Assembly (NCBI GenBank): GCA_030390025.1
Contig: CM059431.1
Location: 95,048,001 to 95,112,000 of the forward strand
DNA: 64,000 bases
Origin: Squalus acanthias
Lineage: Eukaryota
Direction of reading: 5' to 3'
Shown here: positions 48,985 through 63,900 of the stretch, in pieces
Layout: each line of letters begins with the position of its first letter
Position numbering within the stretch: the first letter of the stretch is position 1
Program-made: the position numbers and the translations under genes
Notes under the pieces: generated by a model
The model's input: the letters and a program-made list of their open reading frames with translations, nothing else
Told to the model about the DNA's origin: nothing
Database searches by the model: none

Positions 48985-51900
48985 CTCGCTTACTGATCCC
49001 CCCCAGTCCCGATAACTGACCCCCCCAGCCCCGATTACTGACCCCCCCAGCCCCAATTACTGACCCCCCCCAGCCCTGATTACGGACCCCTCAGCCCCGA
49101 TAACTGACCCCCCAGCCCCGATTACTGACACCCCCAGCCCGGATTACTGACCCTCCCAGACCCGATAACTGACCCCCCCAGTCCCGATAACTGACCCCCC
49201 CAGCCGTGATTACTGACCCCCTCAGCCCCGATTACTGACCCTCCCAGCCCTGATTACTGACCCCCTCAGCCCCGATTACTGACCCCCCAGCTCCGATTAC
49301 TGAACCCCCCCAGCCCCGATTACTGACCCTCCCCCCAGCTCCGATTACTGACCCACCCCAGCCCCGATTACTGACCCTCCTCCCCCGATTACTGACCCTC
49401 CCCCCAGCCCCGATTACTGAACCTTGCTCCAGCCCCGATTACTGACACCCCCAGCCCCAATTACTGAGCCCCCCCGGCTCCAATTACTGACTCCCCAGTC
49501 CCGATTACTGACCCCCCCAGCTCCAATTACTGACCCACCCCAGCCCCGATTACTGACCCCCCCCAGCTCCAATTACTGACCCCCCAGCCCCGATTACTGA
49601 CCCACCCCAGCCCCGATTACTGACCCTCCTCCCCCGATTACTGACACCACAGCCCCGATTACTGATCCCCCAGCCCCGATTACTGATCCCCCAGCCCCGA
49701 TTACTGATCCCCCAGCCCCGATTACTGATCCCCCCCAATCCCGATTACTGACCCCCCCACCCCTGATTACTGATCCCCCAGCCCCGATTACTGACCCTCC
49801 TCCCCCGATTACTGACACCACAGCCCCGATTACTGAACCTCCTCCCCTATTACTGACCCGCTCAGCCCCGATTACTGATCCCCCAGCCCCGATTACTGAT
49901 CCCCCAGCCCCGATTACTGATCCCCCAGCCCCGATTACTGATCCCCCCCGTCCCGATTACTGACCCCCCACCCCTGATTACTGATCCCCCAGCCCCGATT
50001 ACTGACCCTCCTCCCCTGATTACTGACACCACAGCCCCGATTACTGATTCCCCCAGCCCCGATTACTGACCCCCCAGCCTCGATTACTGACCCCCCCAGC
50101 CCCGATTACTGACCCCCCAGCCTCGATTACTGAATCCCCAGCCCCGATTACTGACACCCCCACCCCCGATTACTGACCCCCAGCCTCGATTACTGAACCC
50201 CCATTCCCGATTACTGACCCCCCCACCCCCGATTACTGACTCCCCCAGCCTCGATTACTGATTCCCCCAGCCCCGAATACTGACACCTCCAGCCACGATT
50301 ACTGACCCCCCCAGCCCCGATTACTGACCCCCCCACCCCTGATTACTGACCCCCAGCCCCGATTACTGATCCACCCCAGCCTCAATTACTGACCCCCCCA
50401 GCCCCGATAACTGACCCCCCCAGCCGTGATTACTGACCCCCCCAGCCCCGATTACTGACACCCCCAGCCCTGATTACTGACCCCCCCAGCCCCGATAACT
50501 GACCCCCCCAGCCGTGATTACTGACCCCCCCAGCCCCGATTACTGACACCCCCAGCTCCGATTACTGACACCCCCAGCCCTGATTACTGACCCCCTCAGC
50601 CCCGATTACTGACCCCCCCAGCCCCGATTACTGACACCCCCAGCCCTGATTACTGACCCCCTCAGCCCCGATTACTGACCCTCCCAGCCCCGATTACTGA
50701 CACCCCCAGCCCTGATTACTGACCCCCCCAGCCCCGATTACTGACACCCCCAGCCCTGATTACTGACCCCCTCAGCCCCGATTACTGACCCTCCCAGCCC
50801 TGATTACTGACCCCCTCAGCCCCGATTACTGACCCCCCAGCTCCGATTACTGAACCCCCCCAGCCCCGATTACTGACCCTCCCCCCAGCTCCGATTGCTG
50901 ACCCACCCCAGCCCCGATTACTGACCCTCCTCCCCCGATTACTGACCCTCCCCCCAGCCCCGATTACTGAACCTTGCTCCAGCCCCGATTACTGACACCC
51001 CCAGCCCCAATTACTGACCCCCCCCAGCTCCAATTACTGACTCCCCAGTCCCGATTACTGACCCCCCCCAGCTCCAATTACTGACCCACCCCAGCCCCGA
51101 TTACTGACCCCCCCCAGCTCCAATTACTGACCCCCCAGCCCCGATTACTGACCCACCCCAGCCCCGATTACTGACCCTCCTCCCCCGATTACTGACACCA
51201 CAGCCCCGATTACTGATCCCCCAGCCCCGATTACTGATCCCCCAGCCCCGATTACTGATCCCCCAGCCCCGATTACTGATCCCCCCCAATCCCGATTACT
51301 GACCCCCCCACCCCTGATTACTGATCCCCCAGCCCCGATTACTGACCCTCCTCCCCCGATTACTGACACCACAGCCCCGATTACTGAACCTCCTCCCCTA
51401 TTACTGACCCCCTCAGCCCCGATTACTGATCCCCCAGCCCCGATTACTGATCCCCCAGCCCCGATTACTGATCCCCCAGCCCCGATTACTGATCCCCCCG
51501 TCCCGATTACTGACCCCCCACCCCTGATTACTGATCCCCCAGCCCCGATTACTGACCCTCCTCCCCTGATTACTGACACCACAGCCCCGATTACTGATTC
51601 CCCCAGCCCCGATTACTGACCCCCCAGCCTCGATTACTGACCCCCCCAGCCCCGATTACTGACCCCCCAGCCTCGATTACTGAATCCCCAGCCCCGATTA
51701 CTGACACCCCCACCCCCGATTACTGACCCCCAGCCTCGATTACTGAACCCCCATTCCCGATTACTGACCCCCCCACCCCCGATTACTGACTCCCCCAGCC
51801 TCGATTACTGATTCCCCCAGCCCCGATAACTGACCCCCCCAGCCGTGATTACTGACCCCCCCAGCCCCGATAACTGACCCCCCCAGCCGTGATTACTGAC

Positions 51901-54900
51901 CCCCTCAGCCCCGATTACTGACACCCCCAGCCCTGATTACTGACCCCCTCAGCCCCGATTACTGACCCTCCCAGCCCTGATTACTGACCCCCTCAGCCCC
52001 GATTACTGACCCCCCAGCTCCGATTACTGAACACCCCCAGCCCCGATTACTGACCCTCCCCCCAGCTCCGATTGCTGACCCACCCCAGCCCCGATTACTG
52101 ACCCTCCTCCCCCGATTACTGACCCTCCCCCCAGCCCCGATTACTGAACCTTGCTCCAGCCCCGATTACTGACACCCCCAGCCCCAATTACTGACCCCCC
52201 AGTCCCGATTACTGACTCCCCAGTCCCGATTACTGACACCCCCAGCCCCAATTACTGATACCCCCAGCCCCAATTACTGACCCCCCAGTCCCGATTACTG
52301 ACTCCCCAGTCCCGATTACTGACACCACAGCCCCGATTACTGAACCTCCTCCCCTATTACTGACCCCCCAAGCCCCGATTACTGACCGACCCCAGCCCCG
52401 ATTACTGACACCACAGCCCCGATTACTGAACCTCCTCCCCTATTACTGACCCCCCAAGCCCCGATTACTGACCGACCCCAGCCCCGATTACTGACACCAC
52501 AGCCCCGATTACTGAACCTCCTCCCCGATTACTGACCCCCCCAGCCCCAATTACTGACCCCCCAGCCCCGATTACTGACCCCCCCAGCCCCGATTACTGA
52601 CCCCCCCAGCCCCGATTACTGACCCCCAGTCCCGATTACTGACCCCCCCAGCCCCGATTACTGACCCCCCCAGCCCCGATTACTGACCCCCCCAGTCCCG
52701 ATTACTGACCCCCAGTCCCGATTACTGACCCCCCCCACCCCCGATTACTGAACCCCCCAGCCCCGATTACTGACCCCCCCACCCCCGATTACTGACCCCC
52801 CCACCCCCGATTACTGACCCCCCCAGCCCCGATTACTGATTCCCCCAGCCCCGATTACTGACCCCCTCAGCCCCGATTACTGACCCCAGCCTCGATTACT
52901 GACCCCCCCAGCCCCGATTACTGACCCCCCCAGTCCCGATTACTGACCCCCAGCACCGATTACTGACCCCCCCAGCCCCGATTAGTGAACCCCCCCAGTC
53001 CCGATTACTGACCCCCCCAGCCCCGATTACTGACCCCCCCAGCCCCGATTACTGACCCCCCCAGCCTCGATTACTGACCCCCCCCAGCCCCGATTACTGA
53101 CCCCCCCAGTCCCGATTACTGACCCCCAGCCTCGATTACTGACCCCCCCAGCCCCGATTACTGACCCCCCCACCCCCGATTACTGACCCCCCCAGCCCCG
53201 CTAACTGATTCCCCCAGTCCCATTTACTGACCCCCCCAGCCCCGATTACTGACCCCCCCAGCCCCGATTACTGACCCACCCCAGCCCCGATTACTGACCC
53301 TCCTCCCCCGATTACTGACACCACAGCCCCGATTACTGATCCCCCAGCCCCGATTACTGATCCCCCAGCCCCGATTACTGATCCCCCCCAATCCCGATTA
53401 CTGACCCCCCCACCCCTGATTACTGATCCCCCAGCCCCGATTACTGACCCTCCTCCCCCGATTACTGACACCACAGCCCCGATTACTGAACCTCCTCCCC
53501 TATTACTGACCCCCTCAGCCCCGATTACTGATCCCCCAGCCCCGATTACTGATCCCCCAGCCCCGATTACTGATCCCCCAGCCCCGATTACTGATCCCCC
53601 CCGTCCCGATTACTGACCCCCCACCCCTGATTACTGATCCCCCAGCCCCGATTACTGACCCTCCTCCCCTGATTACTGACACCACAGCCCCGATTACTGA
53701 TTCCCCCAGCCCCGATTACTGACCCCCCAGCCTCGATTACTGACCCCCCCAGCCCCGATTACTGACCCCCCAGCCTCGATTACTGAATCCCCAGCCCCGA
53801 TTACTGACACCCCCACCCCCGATTACTGACCCCCAGCCTCGATTACTGAACCCCCATTCCCGATTACTGACCCCCCCACCCCCGATTACTGACTCCCCCA
53901 GCCTCGATTACTGATTCCCCCAGCCCCGAATACTGACACCTCCAGCCACGATTACTGACCCCCCCAGCCCCGATTACTGACCCCCCCCACCCCCGATTAC
54001 TGACTCCCCCAGCCACGATTACTGACCCCCCCAGCCCCGATTACTGACCCCCCCAGCCTCAATTACTGACCCCCCCAGCCCCGATAACTGACCCCCCCAG
54101 CCGTGATTACTGACCCCCCCAGCCCCGATTACTGACACCCCCAGCCCTGATTACTGACCCCCTCAGCCCCGATTACTGACCCTCCCAGCCCTGATTACTG
54201 ACCCCCTCAGCCCCGATTACTGACCCCCCAGCTCCGATTACTGAACACCCCCAGCCCCGATTACTGACCCTCCCCCCAGCTCCGATTGCTGACCCACCCC
54301 AGCCCCGATTACTGACCCTCCTCCCCCGATTACTGACCCTCCCCCCAGCCCCGATTACTGAACCTTGCTCCAGCCCCGATTACTGACACCCCCAGCCCCA
54401 ATTACTGACCCCCCAGACCCGATTACTGACTCCCCAGTCCCGATTACTGACACCACAGCCCCGATTACTGAACCTCCTCCCCTATTACTGACCCCCCAAG
54501 CCCCGATTACTGACCCCCCCAGCCCCGATTACTGACCGACCCCAGCCCCGATTACTGACACCACAGCCCCGATTACTGAACCTCCTCCCCTATTACTGAC
54601 CCCCCAAGCCCCGATTACTGACCGACCCCAGCCCCGATTACTGACACCACAGCCCCGATTACTGAACCTCCTCCCCGATTACTGACCCCCCCAGCCCCAA
54701 TTACTGACCCCCCAGCCCCGATTACTGACCCCCCCAGCCCCGATTACTGACCCCCCCAGCCCCAATTACTGACCCCCCAGCCCCGATTACTGACCCCCCC
54801 AGCCCCGATTACTGACCCCCCCAGCCCCGATTACTGACCCCCAGTCCCGATTACTGACCCCCCAGCCCCGATTACTGACCCCCCCAGCCCCGATTACTGA

Positions 54901-57900
54901 CCCCCCAGTCCCGATTACTGACCCCCAGTCCCGATTACTGACCCCCCCCACCCCCGATTACTGAACCCCCCAGCCCCGATTACTGACCCCCCCACCCCCG
55001 ATTACTGACCCCCCCACCCCCGATTACTGACCCCCCCAGCCCCGATTACTGATTCCCCCAGCCCCGATTACTGACCCCCTCAGCCCCGATTACTGACCCC
55101 AGCCTCGATTACTGACCCCCCCAGCCCCGATTACTGACCCCCCCAGTCCCGATTACTGACCCCCAGCCCCGATTACTGACCCCCCCAGCCCCAATTAGTG
55201 AACCCCCCCAGTCCCGATTACTGACCCCCCCAGCCCCGATTACTGACCCCCCCAGCCCCGATTACTGACCCCCCCAGCCTCGATTTCTGACCCCCCCCAG
55301 CCCCGATTACTGACCCCCCCAGTCCCGATTACTGACCCCCAGCCTCGATTACTGACCCCCCCAGCCCCGATTACTGACCCACCCCAGCCCCGATTACTGA
55401 CCCTCCTCCCCCGATTACTGACACCACAGCCCCGATTACTGATCCCCCAGCCCCGATTACTGATCCCCCAGCCCCGATTACTGATCCCCCAGCCCCGATT
55501 ACTGATCCCCCCCAATCCCGATTACTGACCCCCCCACCCCTGATTACTGATCCCCCAGCCCCGATTACTGACCCTCCTCCCCCGATTACTGACACCACAG
55601 CCCCGATTACTGAACCTCCTCCCCTATTACTGACCCCCTCAGCCCCGATTACTGATCCCCCAGCCCCGATTACTGATCCCCCAGCCCCGATTACTGATCC
55701 CCCAGCCCCGATTACTGATCCCCCCCGTCCCGATTACTGACCCCCCACCCCTGATTACTGATCCCCCAGCCCCGATTACTGACCCTCCTCCCCTGATTAC
55801 TGACACCACAGCCCCGATTACTGATTCCCCCAGCCCCGATTACTGACCCCCCAGCCTCGATTACTGACCCCCCCAGCCCCGATTACTGACCCCCCAGCCT
55901 CGATTACTGAATCCCCAGCCCCGATTACTGACACCCCCACCCCCGATTACTGACCCCCAGCCTCGATTACTGAACCCCCATTCCCGATTACTGACCCCCC
56001 CACCCCCGATTACTGACTCCCCCAGCCTCGATTACTGATTCCCCCAGCCCCGAATACTGACACCTCCAGCCACGATTACTGACCCCCCCAGCCCCGATTA
56101 CTGACCCCCCCCACCCCTGATTACTGACCCCCAGCCCCGATTACTGATCCACCCCAGCCCCGATAACTGACCCCCCCAGCCGTGATTACTGACCCCCCAG
56201 CCCCGATTACTGACACCCCCAGCCCTGATTACTGACCCCCTCAGCCCCGATTACTGACCCTCCCAGCCCTGATTACTGACCCCCTCAGCCCCGATTACTG
56301 ACCCCCCAGCTCCGATTACTGAACACCCCCAGCCCCGATTACTGACCCTCCCCCCAGCTCCGATTGCTGACCCACCCCAGCCCCGATTACTGACCCTCCT
56401 CCCCCGATTACTGACCCTCCCCCCAGCCCCGATTACTGAACCTTGCTCCAGCCCCGATTACTGACACCCCCAGCCCCAATTACTGACCCCCCAGACCCGA
56501 TTACTGACTCCCCAGTCCCGATTACTGACACCACAGCCCCGATTACTGAACCTCCTCCCCTATTACTGACCCCCCAAGCCCCGATTACTGACCCCCCCAG
56601 CCCCGATTACTGACCGACCCCAGCCCCGATTACTGACACCACAGCCCCGATTACTGAACCTCCTCCCCTATTACTGACCCCCCAAGCCCCGATTACTGAC
56701 CGACCCCAGCCCCGATTACTGACACCACAGCCCCGATTACTGAACCTCCTCCCCTATTACTGACCCCCCAAGCCCCGATTACTGACCGACCCCAGCCCCG
56801 ATTACTGACACCACAGCCCCGATTACTGAACCTCCTCCCCGATTACTGACCCCCCCCAGCCCCAATTACTGACCCCCCAGCCCCGATTACTGACCCCCCC
56901 AGCCCCGATTACTGACCCCCCCAGCCCCGATTACTGACCCCCAGTCCCGATTACTGACCCCCCAGCCCCGATTACTGACCCCCCCAGCCCCGATTACTGA
57001 CCCCCCCAGTCCCGATTACTGACCCCCAGTCCCGATTACTGACCCCCCCCCACCCCCGATTACTGAACCCCCCAGCCCCGATTACTGACCCCCCCACCCC
57101 CGATTACTGACCCCCCCACCCCCGATTACTGACCCCCCCAGCCCCGATTACTGATTCCCCCAGCCCCGATTACTGACCCCCTCAGCCCCGATTACTGACC
57201 CCAGCCTCGATTACTGACCCCCCCAGCCCCGATTACTGACCCCCCCAGTCCCGATTACTGACCCCCAGCCCCGATTACTGACCCCCCCAGCCCCAATTAG
57301 TGAACCCCCCCAGTCCCGATTACTGACCCCCCCAGCCCCGATTACTGACCCCCCCAGCCCCGATTACTGACCCCCCCAGCCTCGATTACTGACCCCCCCC
57401 AGCCCCGATTACTGACCCCCCCAGTCCCGATTACTGACCCCCAGCCTCGATTACTGACCCCCCCAGCCCCGATTACTGACCCCCCCACCCCCGATTACTG
57501 ACCCCCCCAGCCCCGCTAACTGATTCCCCCAGTCCCAATTACTGACCCCCCCAGCCCCGATTACTGACACCCCCAGCCCCGATTACTGATTCCCCCAGTC
57601 CCAATTACTGACCCCCCCAGCCCCGATTACTGACCCCCCCAGCCCCGATTACTGAAACCCAGCCCCGATTACTGACCCCCCCAGCCCCGATTACTGACCC
57701 CCCCAGCCCCGATTACTGACCCCCCAGCCCCGATTACTGACCCCCCCCAGCCCCGATTACTGACCCCCCCAGCCCCGATTACTGACCCCCCAGCCCCGAT
57801 TACTGACCCCCCCAGCTCCGATTACTGACCCTCCCAGCCTCGATTACTGACCCCCCAGCCCCGATTACTGAACCCCCAGCCCCGATTACTGACCCCCCCA

Positions 57901-60900
57901 GCCCCGATTACTGACCCTCCCAGCCCCGATTACTGACACCACAGCCCCGATTACTGACCCCCCCACCCCCGATTACTGACCCCCCAGCCCCGATTACTGA
58001 CCCTCCCAGCCCCGATTACTGACCACCCCCAGCCCCGATTACTGACCCCCCCCAGCCCCGATTACTGACCCCCCCCAGCCCCGATTACTGACAGCACAGC
58101 CCCGATTACTGACACCACAGCCCCGATTACTGACCCTCCCAGCCCCGATTACTGACCCTCCCCCAGCCCCGATTACTGACCCTCCCAGCCCCGATTACTG
58201 ACCCTCCCACAGCCCCGATTACTGACCCTCCCCCAGCCCCGATTACTGACCCTCCCCCAGCCCCCATTACTGACCCCCCAGCCCCGAATACTGACCCCCC
58301 CACAGCCCTGATTACTGACCCACCAGCTCCGATTACTGACACCCCCCAGTCCTGTTTACTGACCCCCCCACCTCCGATTACTGACCCCCCCCCAGCCCCG
58401 ATTACTGTCCCTCCCACAGCCCCGATTACTGACCCTCCCCCAGCCCCGATTACTGTCCCCCCCCCCAGCCCCGATTACTGATTTCCCCCACAGCCCCGAT
58501 TACTGACCCCCCCAGCCCCGATTGCTGACCCCCCCAGCCGCGATTACTGACCCCCCCAGCCCCGATTACTGATTTCCCCCACCGCCCCGATTACTGACCC
58601 CCCCATCCCCGATTACTGACCCCCCCCAGCCCCGATTACTGACCCCCCCCACAGCCCCGATTACTGACCCCCCAGCCCCGATTACTGACCCCCCCGCCTC
58701 GATTACTGACCCCCCCAGCCCCGATTACTGATCCCCCAGCCCCGATTACTGATCCCCCAGCCCCGATTGCTGACTCCCCCAGCCCCGATTACTGATTCCC
58801 CCAGCCCCGATTACTGACCCCCCCACCCCCGATTACTGACCCCCAGCCCCAATTACTGACCCCCCACCCCCGATTACTGACCCCCCAGCCTCGATTACTG
58901 ACACCCCCACCCCCGATTACTGACCCCCCCACCCCCGATTACTGAACCCCAGCCCCGATTACTGAATCCCCAGCCCCGATTACTGAACCCCAGCCCCGAT
59001 TACTGATTCCCCAGCCCCGATTACTGACCCCCAGCCCCGATTACTGACATCTCCAGCCACGATTACTGACCCCCCCAGCCCCGATTACTGACCCCCCCAC
59101 CCCCGATTACTGACCCCCCAGCCTCGATTACTGACACCCCCACCCCCGATTACTGAACCCCAGCCCCGATTACTGAATCCCCAGCCCCGATTACTGAACC
59201 CCAGCCCCGATTACTGATTCCCCAGCCCCGATTACTGACCCCCAGCCCCGATTACTGACATCTCCAGCCCCGATTACTGACCCCCCCAGCCCCGATTACT
59301 GACCCCCCCACCCCGATTACTGACCCCCAGTCCCGATTACTGACCACCAGCCCCGATTACTGACCCCCAGCCTCGATTACTGAATCCCCAGCCCCGATTA
59401 CTGATCCCCCCCCAGTCCCGATTACTGACCCCCCCACCCCCGATTACTGACCCCCCCAGCCCCGATTACTGACCCCCCCAGCCTCGATTACTGAATCCCC
59501 AGCCCCGATTACTGACCCCCCAGCCTCGATTACTGACCCCCCCAGCCCCGATTACTGACCCCCCCACCCCCGATTACTGACCCCCCCACCCCCGATTACT
59601 GACCCCCCAGCCTCGATTACTGAATCCCCAGCCCCGATTACTGACCCCCCAGCCTCGATTACTGACCCCCCCAGCCCCGATTACTGACCCCCCCAGCCCC
59701 GATTACTGACCCCCCCACCCCCGATTACTGACCCCCCAGCCTCGATTACTGAATCCCCAGCCCCGATTACTGACCCCCCAGCCCCGATTACTGACAGCAC
59801 AGCCCCGATTACTGACACCACAGCCCCGATTACTGACCCTCCCAGCCCCGATTACTGACCCTCCCCCAGCCCCGATTACTGACCCTCCCAGCCCCGATTA
59901 CTGACCCTCCCACAGCCCCGATTACTGACCCTCCCCCAGCCCCGATTACTGACCCTCCCCCAGCCCCCATTACTGACCCCCCAGCCCCGAATACTGACCC
60001 CCCCACAGCCCTGATTACTGACCCACCAGCTCCGATTACTGACACCCCCCAGTCCTGTTTACTGACCCCCCCACCTCCGATTACTGACCCCCCCCCAGCC
60101 CCGATTACTGTCCCTCCCACAGCCCCGATTACTGACCCTCCCCCAGCCCCGATTACTGTCCCTCCCACAGCCCCGATTACTGACCCCCCCCAGCCCCGAT
60201 TACTGACCCCCCCCAGCCCCGATTACTGATTTCCCCCACAGCCCCGATTACTGACCCCCCCAGCCCCGATTGCTGACCCCCCCAGCCGCGATTACTGACC
60301 CCCCCAGCCCCGATTACTGATTTCCCCCACCGCCCCGATTACTGACCCCCCCATCCCCGATTACTGACCCCCCCCAGCCCCGATTACTGACCCCCCCCAC
60401 AGCCCCGATTACTGACCCCCCAGCCCCGATTACTGACCCCCCCGCCTCGATTACTGACCCCCCCAGCCCCGATTACTGATCCCCCAGCCCCGATTACTGA
60501 TCCCCCAGCCCCGATTGCTGACTCCCCCAGCCCCGATTACTGATTCCCCCAGCCCCGATTACTGACCCCCCCACCCCCGATTACTGACCCCCAGCCCCAA
60601 TTACTGACCCCCCACCCCCGATTACTGACCCCCCAGCCTCGATTACTGACACCCCCACCCCCGATTACTGACCCCCCCACCCCCGATTACTGAACCCCAG
60701 CCCCGATTACTGAATCCCCAGCCCCGATTACTGAACCCCAGCCCCGATTACTGATTCCCCAGCCCCGATTACTGACCCCCAGCCCCGATTACTGACATCT
60801 CCAGCCACGATTACTGACCCCCCCAGCCCCGATTACTGACCCCCCCACCCCCGATTACTGACCCCCCAGCCTCGATTACTGACACCCCCACCCCCGATTA

Positions 60901-63900
60901 CTGAACCCCAGCCCCGATTACTGAATCCCCAGCCCCGATTACTGAACCCCAGCCCCGATTACTGATTCCCCAGCCCCGATTACTGACCCCCAGCCCCGAT
61001 TACTGACATCTCCAGCCCCGATTACTGACCCCCCCAGCCCCGATTACTGACCCCCCCACCCCGATTACTGACCCCCAGTCCCGATTACTGACCACCAGCC
61101 CCGATTACTGACCCCCAGCCTCGATTACTGAATCCCCAGCCCCGATTACTGATCCCCCCCCAGTCCCGATTACTGACCCCCCCACCCCCGATTACTGACC
61201 CCCCCAGCCCCGATTACTGACCCCCCCAGCCTCGATTACTGAATCCCCAGCCCCGATTACTGACCCCCCAGCCTCGATTACTGACCCCCCCAGCCCCGAT
61301 TACTGACCCCCCCCACCCCCGATTACTGACCCCCCCACCCCCGATTACTGACCCCCCAGCCTCGATTACTGAATCCCCAGCCCCGATTACTGACCCCCCA
61401 GCCTCGATTACTGACCCCCCCAGCCCCGATTACTGACCCCCCCAGCCCCGATTACTGACCCCCCCACCCCCGATTACTGATCCCCCAGCCTCGATTACTG
61501 AATCCCCAGCCCCGATTACTGACCCCCCAGCCCCGATTACTGACAGCACAGCCCCGATTACTGACACCACAGCCCCGATTACTGACCCTCCCAGCCCCGA
61601 TTACTGACCCTCCCCCAGCCCCGATTACTGACCCTCCCAGCCCCGATTACTGACCCTCCCACAGCCCCGATTACTGACCCTCCCCCAGCCCCGATTACTG
61701 ACCCTCCCCCAGCCCCCATTACTGACCCCCCAGCCCCGAATACTGACCCCCCCACAGCCCTGATTACTGACCCACCAGCTCCGATTACTGACACCCCCCA
61801 GTCCTGTTTACTGACCCCCCCACCTCCGATTACTGACCCCCCCCCAGCCCCGATTACTGTCCCTCCCACAGCCCCGATTACTGACCCTCCCCCAGCCCCG
61901 ATTACTGTCCCTCCCACAGCCCCGATTACTGACCCCCCCCAGCCCCGATTACTGACCCCCCCCAGCCCCGATTACTGATTTCCCCCACAGCCCCGATTAC
62001 TGACCCCCCCAGCCCCGATTGCTGACCCCCCCAGCCGCGATTACTGACCCCCCCAGCCCCGATTACTGATTTCCCCCACCGCCCCGATTACTGACCCCCC
62101 CATCCCCGATTACTGACCCCCCCCAGCCCCGATTACTGACCCCCCCCACAGCCCCGATTACTGACCCCCCAGCCCCGATTACTGACCCCCCCGCCTCGAT
62201 TACTGACCCCCCCAGCCCCGATTACTGATCCCCCAGCCCCGATTACTGATCCCCCAGCCCCGATTGCTGACTCCCCCAGCCCCGATTACTGATTCCCCCA
62301 GCCCCGATTACTGACCCCCCCACCCCCGATTACTGACCCCCAGCCCCAATTACTGACCCCCCACCCCCGATTACTGACCCCCCAGCCTCGATTACTGACA
62401 CCCCCACCCCCGATTACTGACCCCCCCACCCCCGATTACTGAACCCCAGCCCCGATTACTGAATCCCCAGCCCCGATTACTGAACCCCAGCCCCGATTAC
62501 TGATTCCCCAGCCCCGATTACTGACCCCCAGCCCCGATTACTGACATCTCCAGCCACGATTACTGACCCCCCCAGCCCCGATTACTGACCCCCCCACCCC
62601 CGATTACTGACCCCCCAGCCTCGATTACTGACACCCCCACCCCCGATTACTGAACCCCAGCCCCGATTACTGAATCCCCAGCCCCGATTACTGAACCCCA
62701 GCCCCGATTACTGATTCCCCAGCCCCGATTACTGACCCCCAGCCCCGATTACTGACATCTCCAGCCCCGATTACTGACCCCCCCAGCCCCGATTACTGAC
62801 CCCCCCACCCCGATTACTGACCCCCAGTCCCGATTACTGACCACCAGCCCCGATTACTGACCCCCAGCCTCGATTACTGAATCCCCAGCCCCGATTACTG
62901 ATCCCCCCCCAGTCCCGATTACTGACCCCCCCACCCCCGATTACTGACCCCCCCAGCCCCGATTACTGACCCCCCCAGCCTCGATTACTGAATCCCCAGC
63001 CCCGATTACTGACCCCCCAGCCTCGATTACTGACCCCCCCAGCCCCGATTACTGACCCCCCCACCCCCGATTACTGACCCCCCCACCCCCGATTACTGAC
63101 CCCCCAGCCTCGATTACTGAATCCCCAGCCCCGATTACTGACCCCCCAGCCTCGATTACTGACCCCCCCAGCCCCGATTACTGACCCCCCCAGCCCCGAT
63201 TACTGACCCCCCCACCCCCGATTACTGACCCCCCCAGCCCTGATTACTGACACCCCCAGCCCCGATTACTGACCCCTCAGCCCCGATTACTGACCCCCCC
63301 AGCCCCGATTACTGAACCTCCCCAGCCCCGATTACTGACCCCCCCAGCCCCGATTACTGACCCCCCCAGCCCCGATTACTGACCCCCCCACCCCCGATTA
63401 CTGACCCCCCCAGCCCCGATTACTGATCCTCCTCCCCTATTACTGACTCCGCCATCCCCGATTACTGAACCCCCCACCCCCGATTACTGACCCCCCCACA
63501 CCCGATTACTGAACCCCCCACCCCCGATTACTGACCCCCCCAGTCCCAATTACTGACCCCCCCAGTCCCGATTACTGACCCTCCCCACCCCCAATTACTG
63601 ACCCCCCCAGTCCCGATTACTGACCCCCCCAGCCCCGATTACTGACCCTCCCCACCCCCGATTACTGACCCCCCCCAGCCCCGATTACTGACCCTCCCCA
63701 CCCCTGATCACTGACCCCCCAGCTCCGATTACTGACCCTCCCCCAGCTCCGATTACTGATTCCCCCAGCCCCGATTACCGACCCACCCAACTCCGATTAC
63801 TGACCCTCCCCCCAGCCTCGATTACTGACCCCCACAGTCCCGATTAGTGACCACCCCCAGCCCGATTACTGACCCACCCAACTCCGATTACTGACTCCCC

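Noticed and set aside
49550..61917. GGSVIGAG / SNRGWG repeat ORFs resembling structural proteins
   Set aside because: These are translations of the satellite; variable C-run lengths shift the frame constantly.
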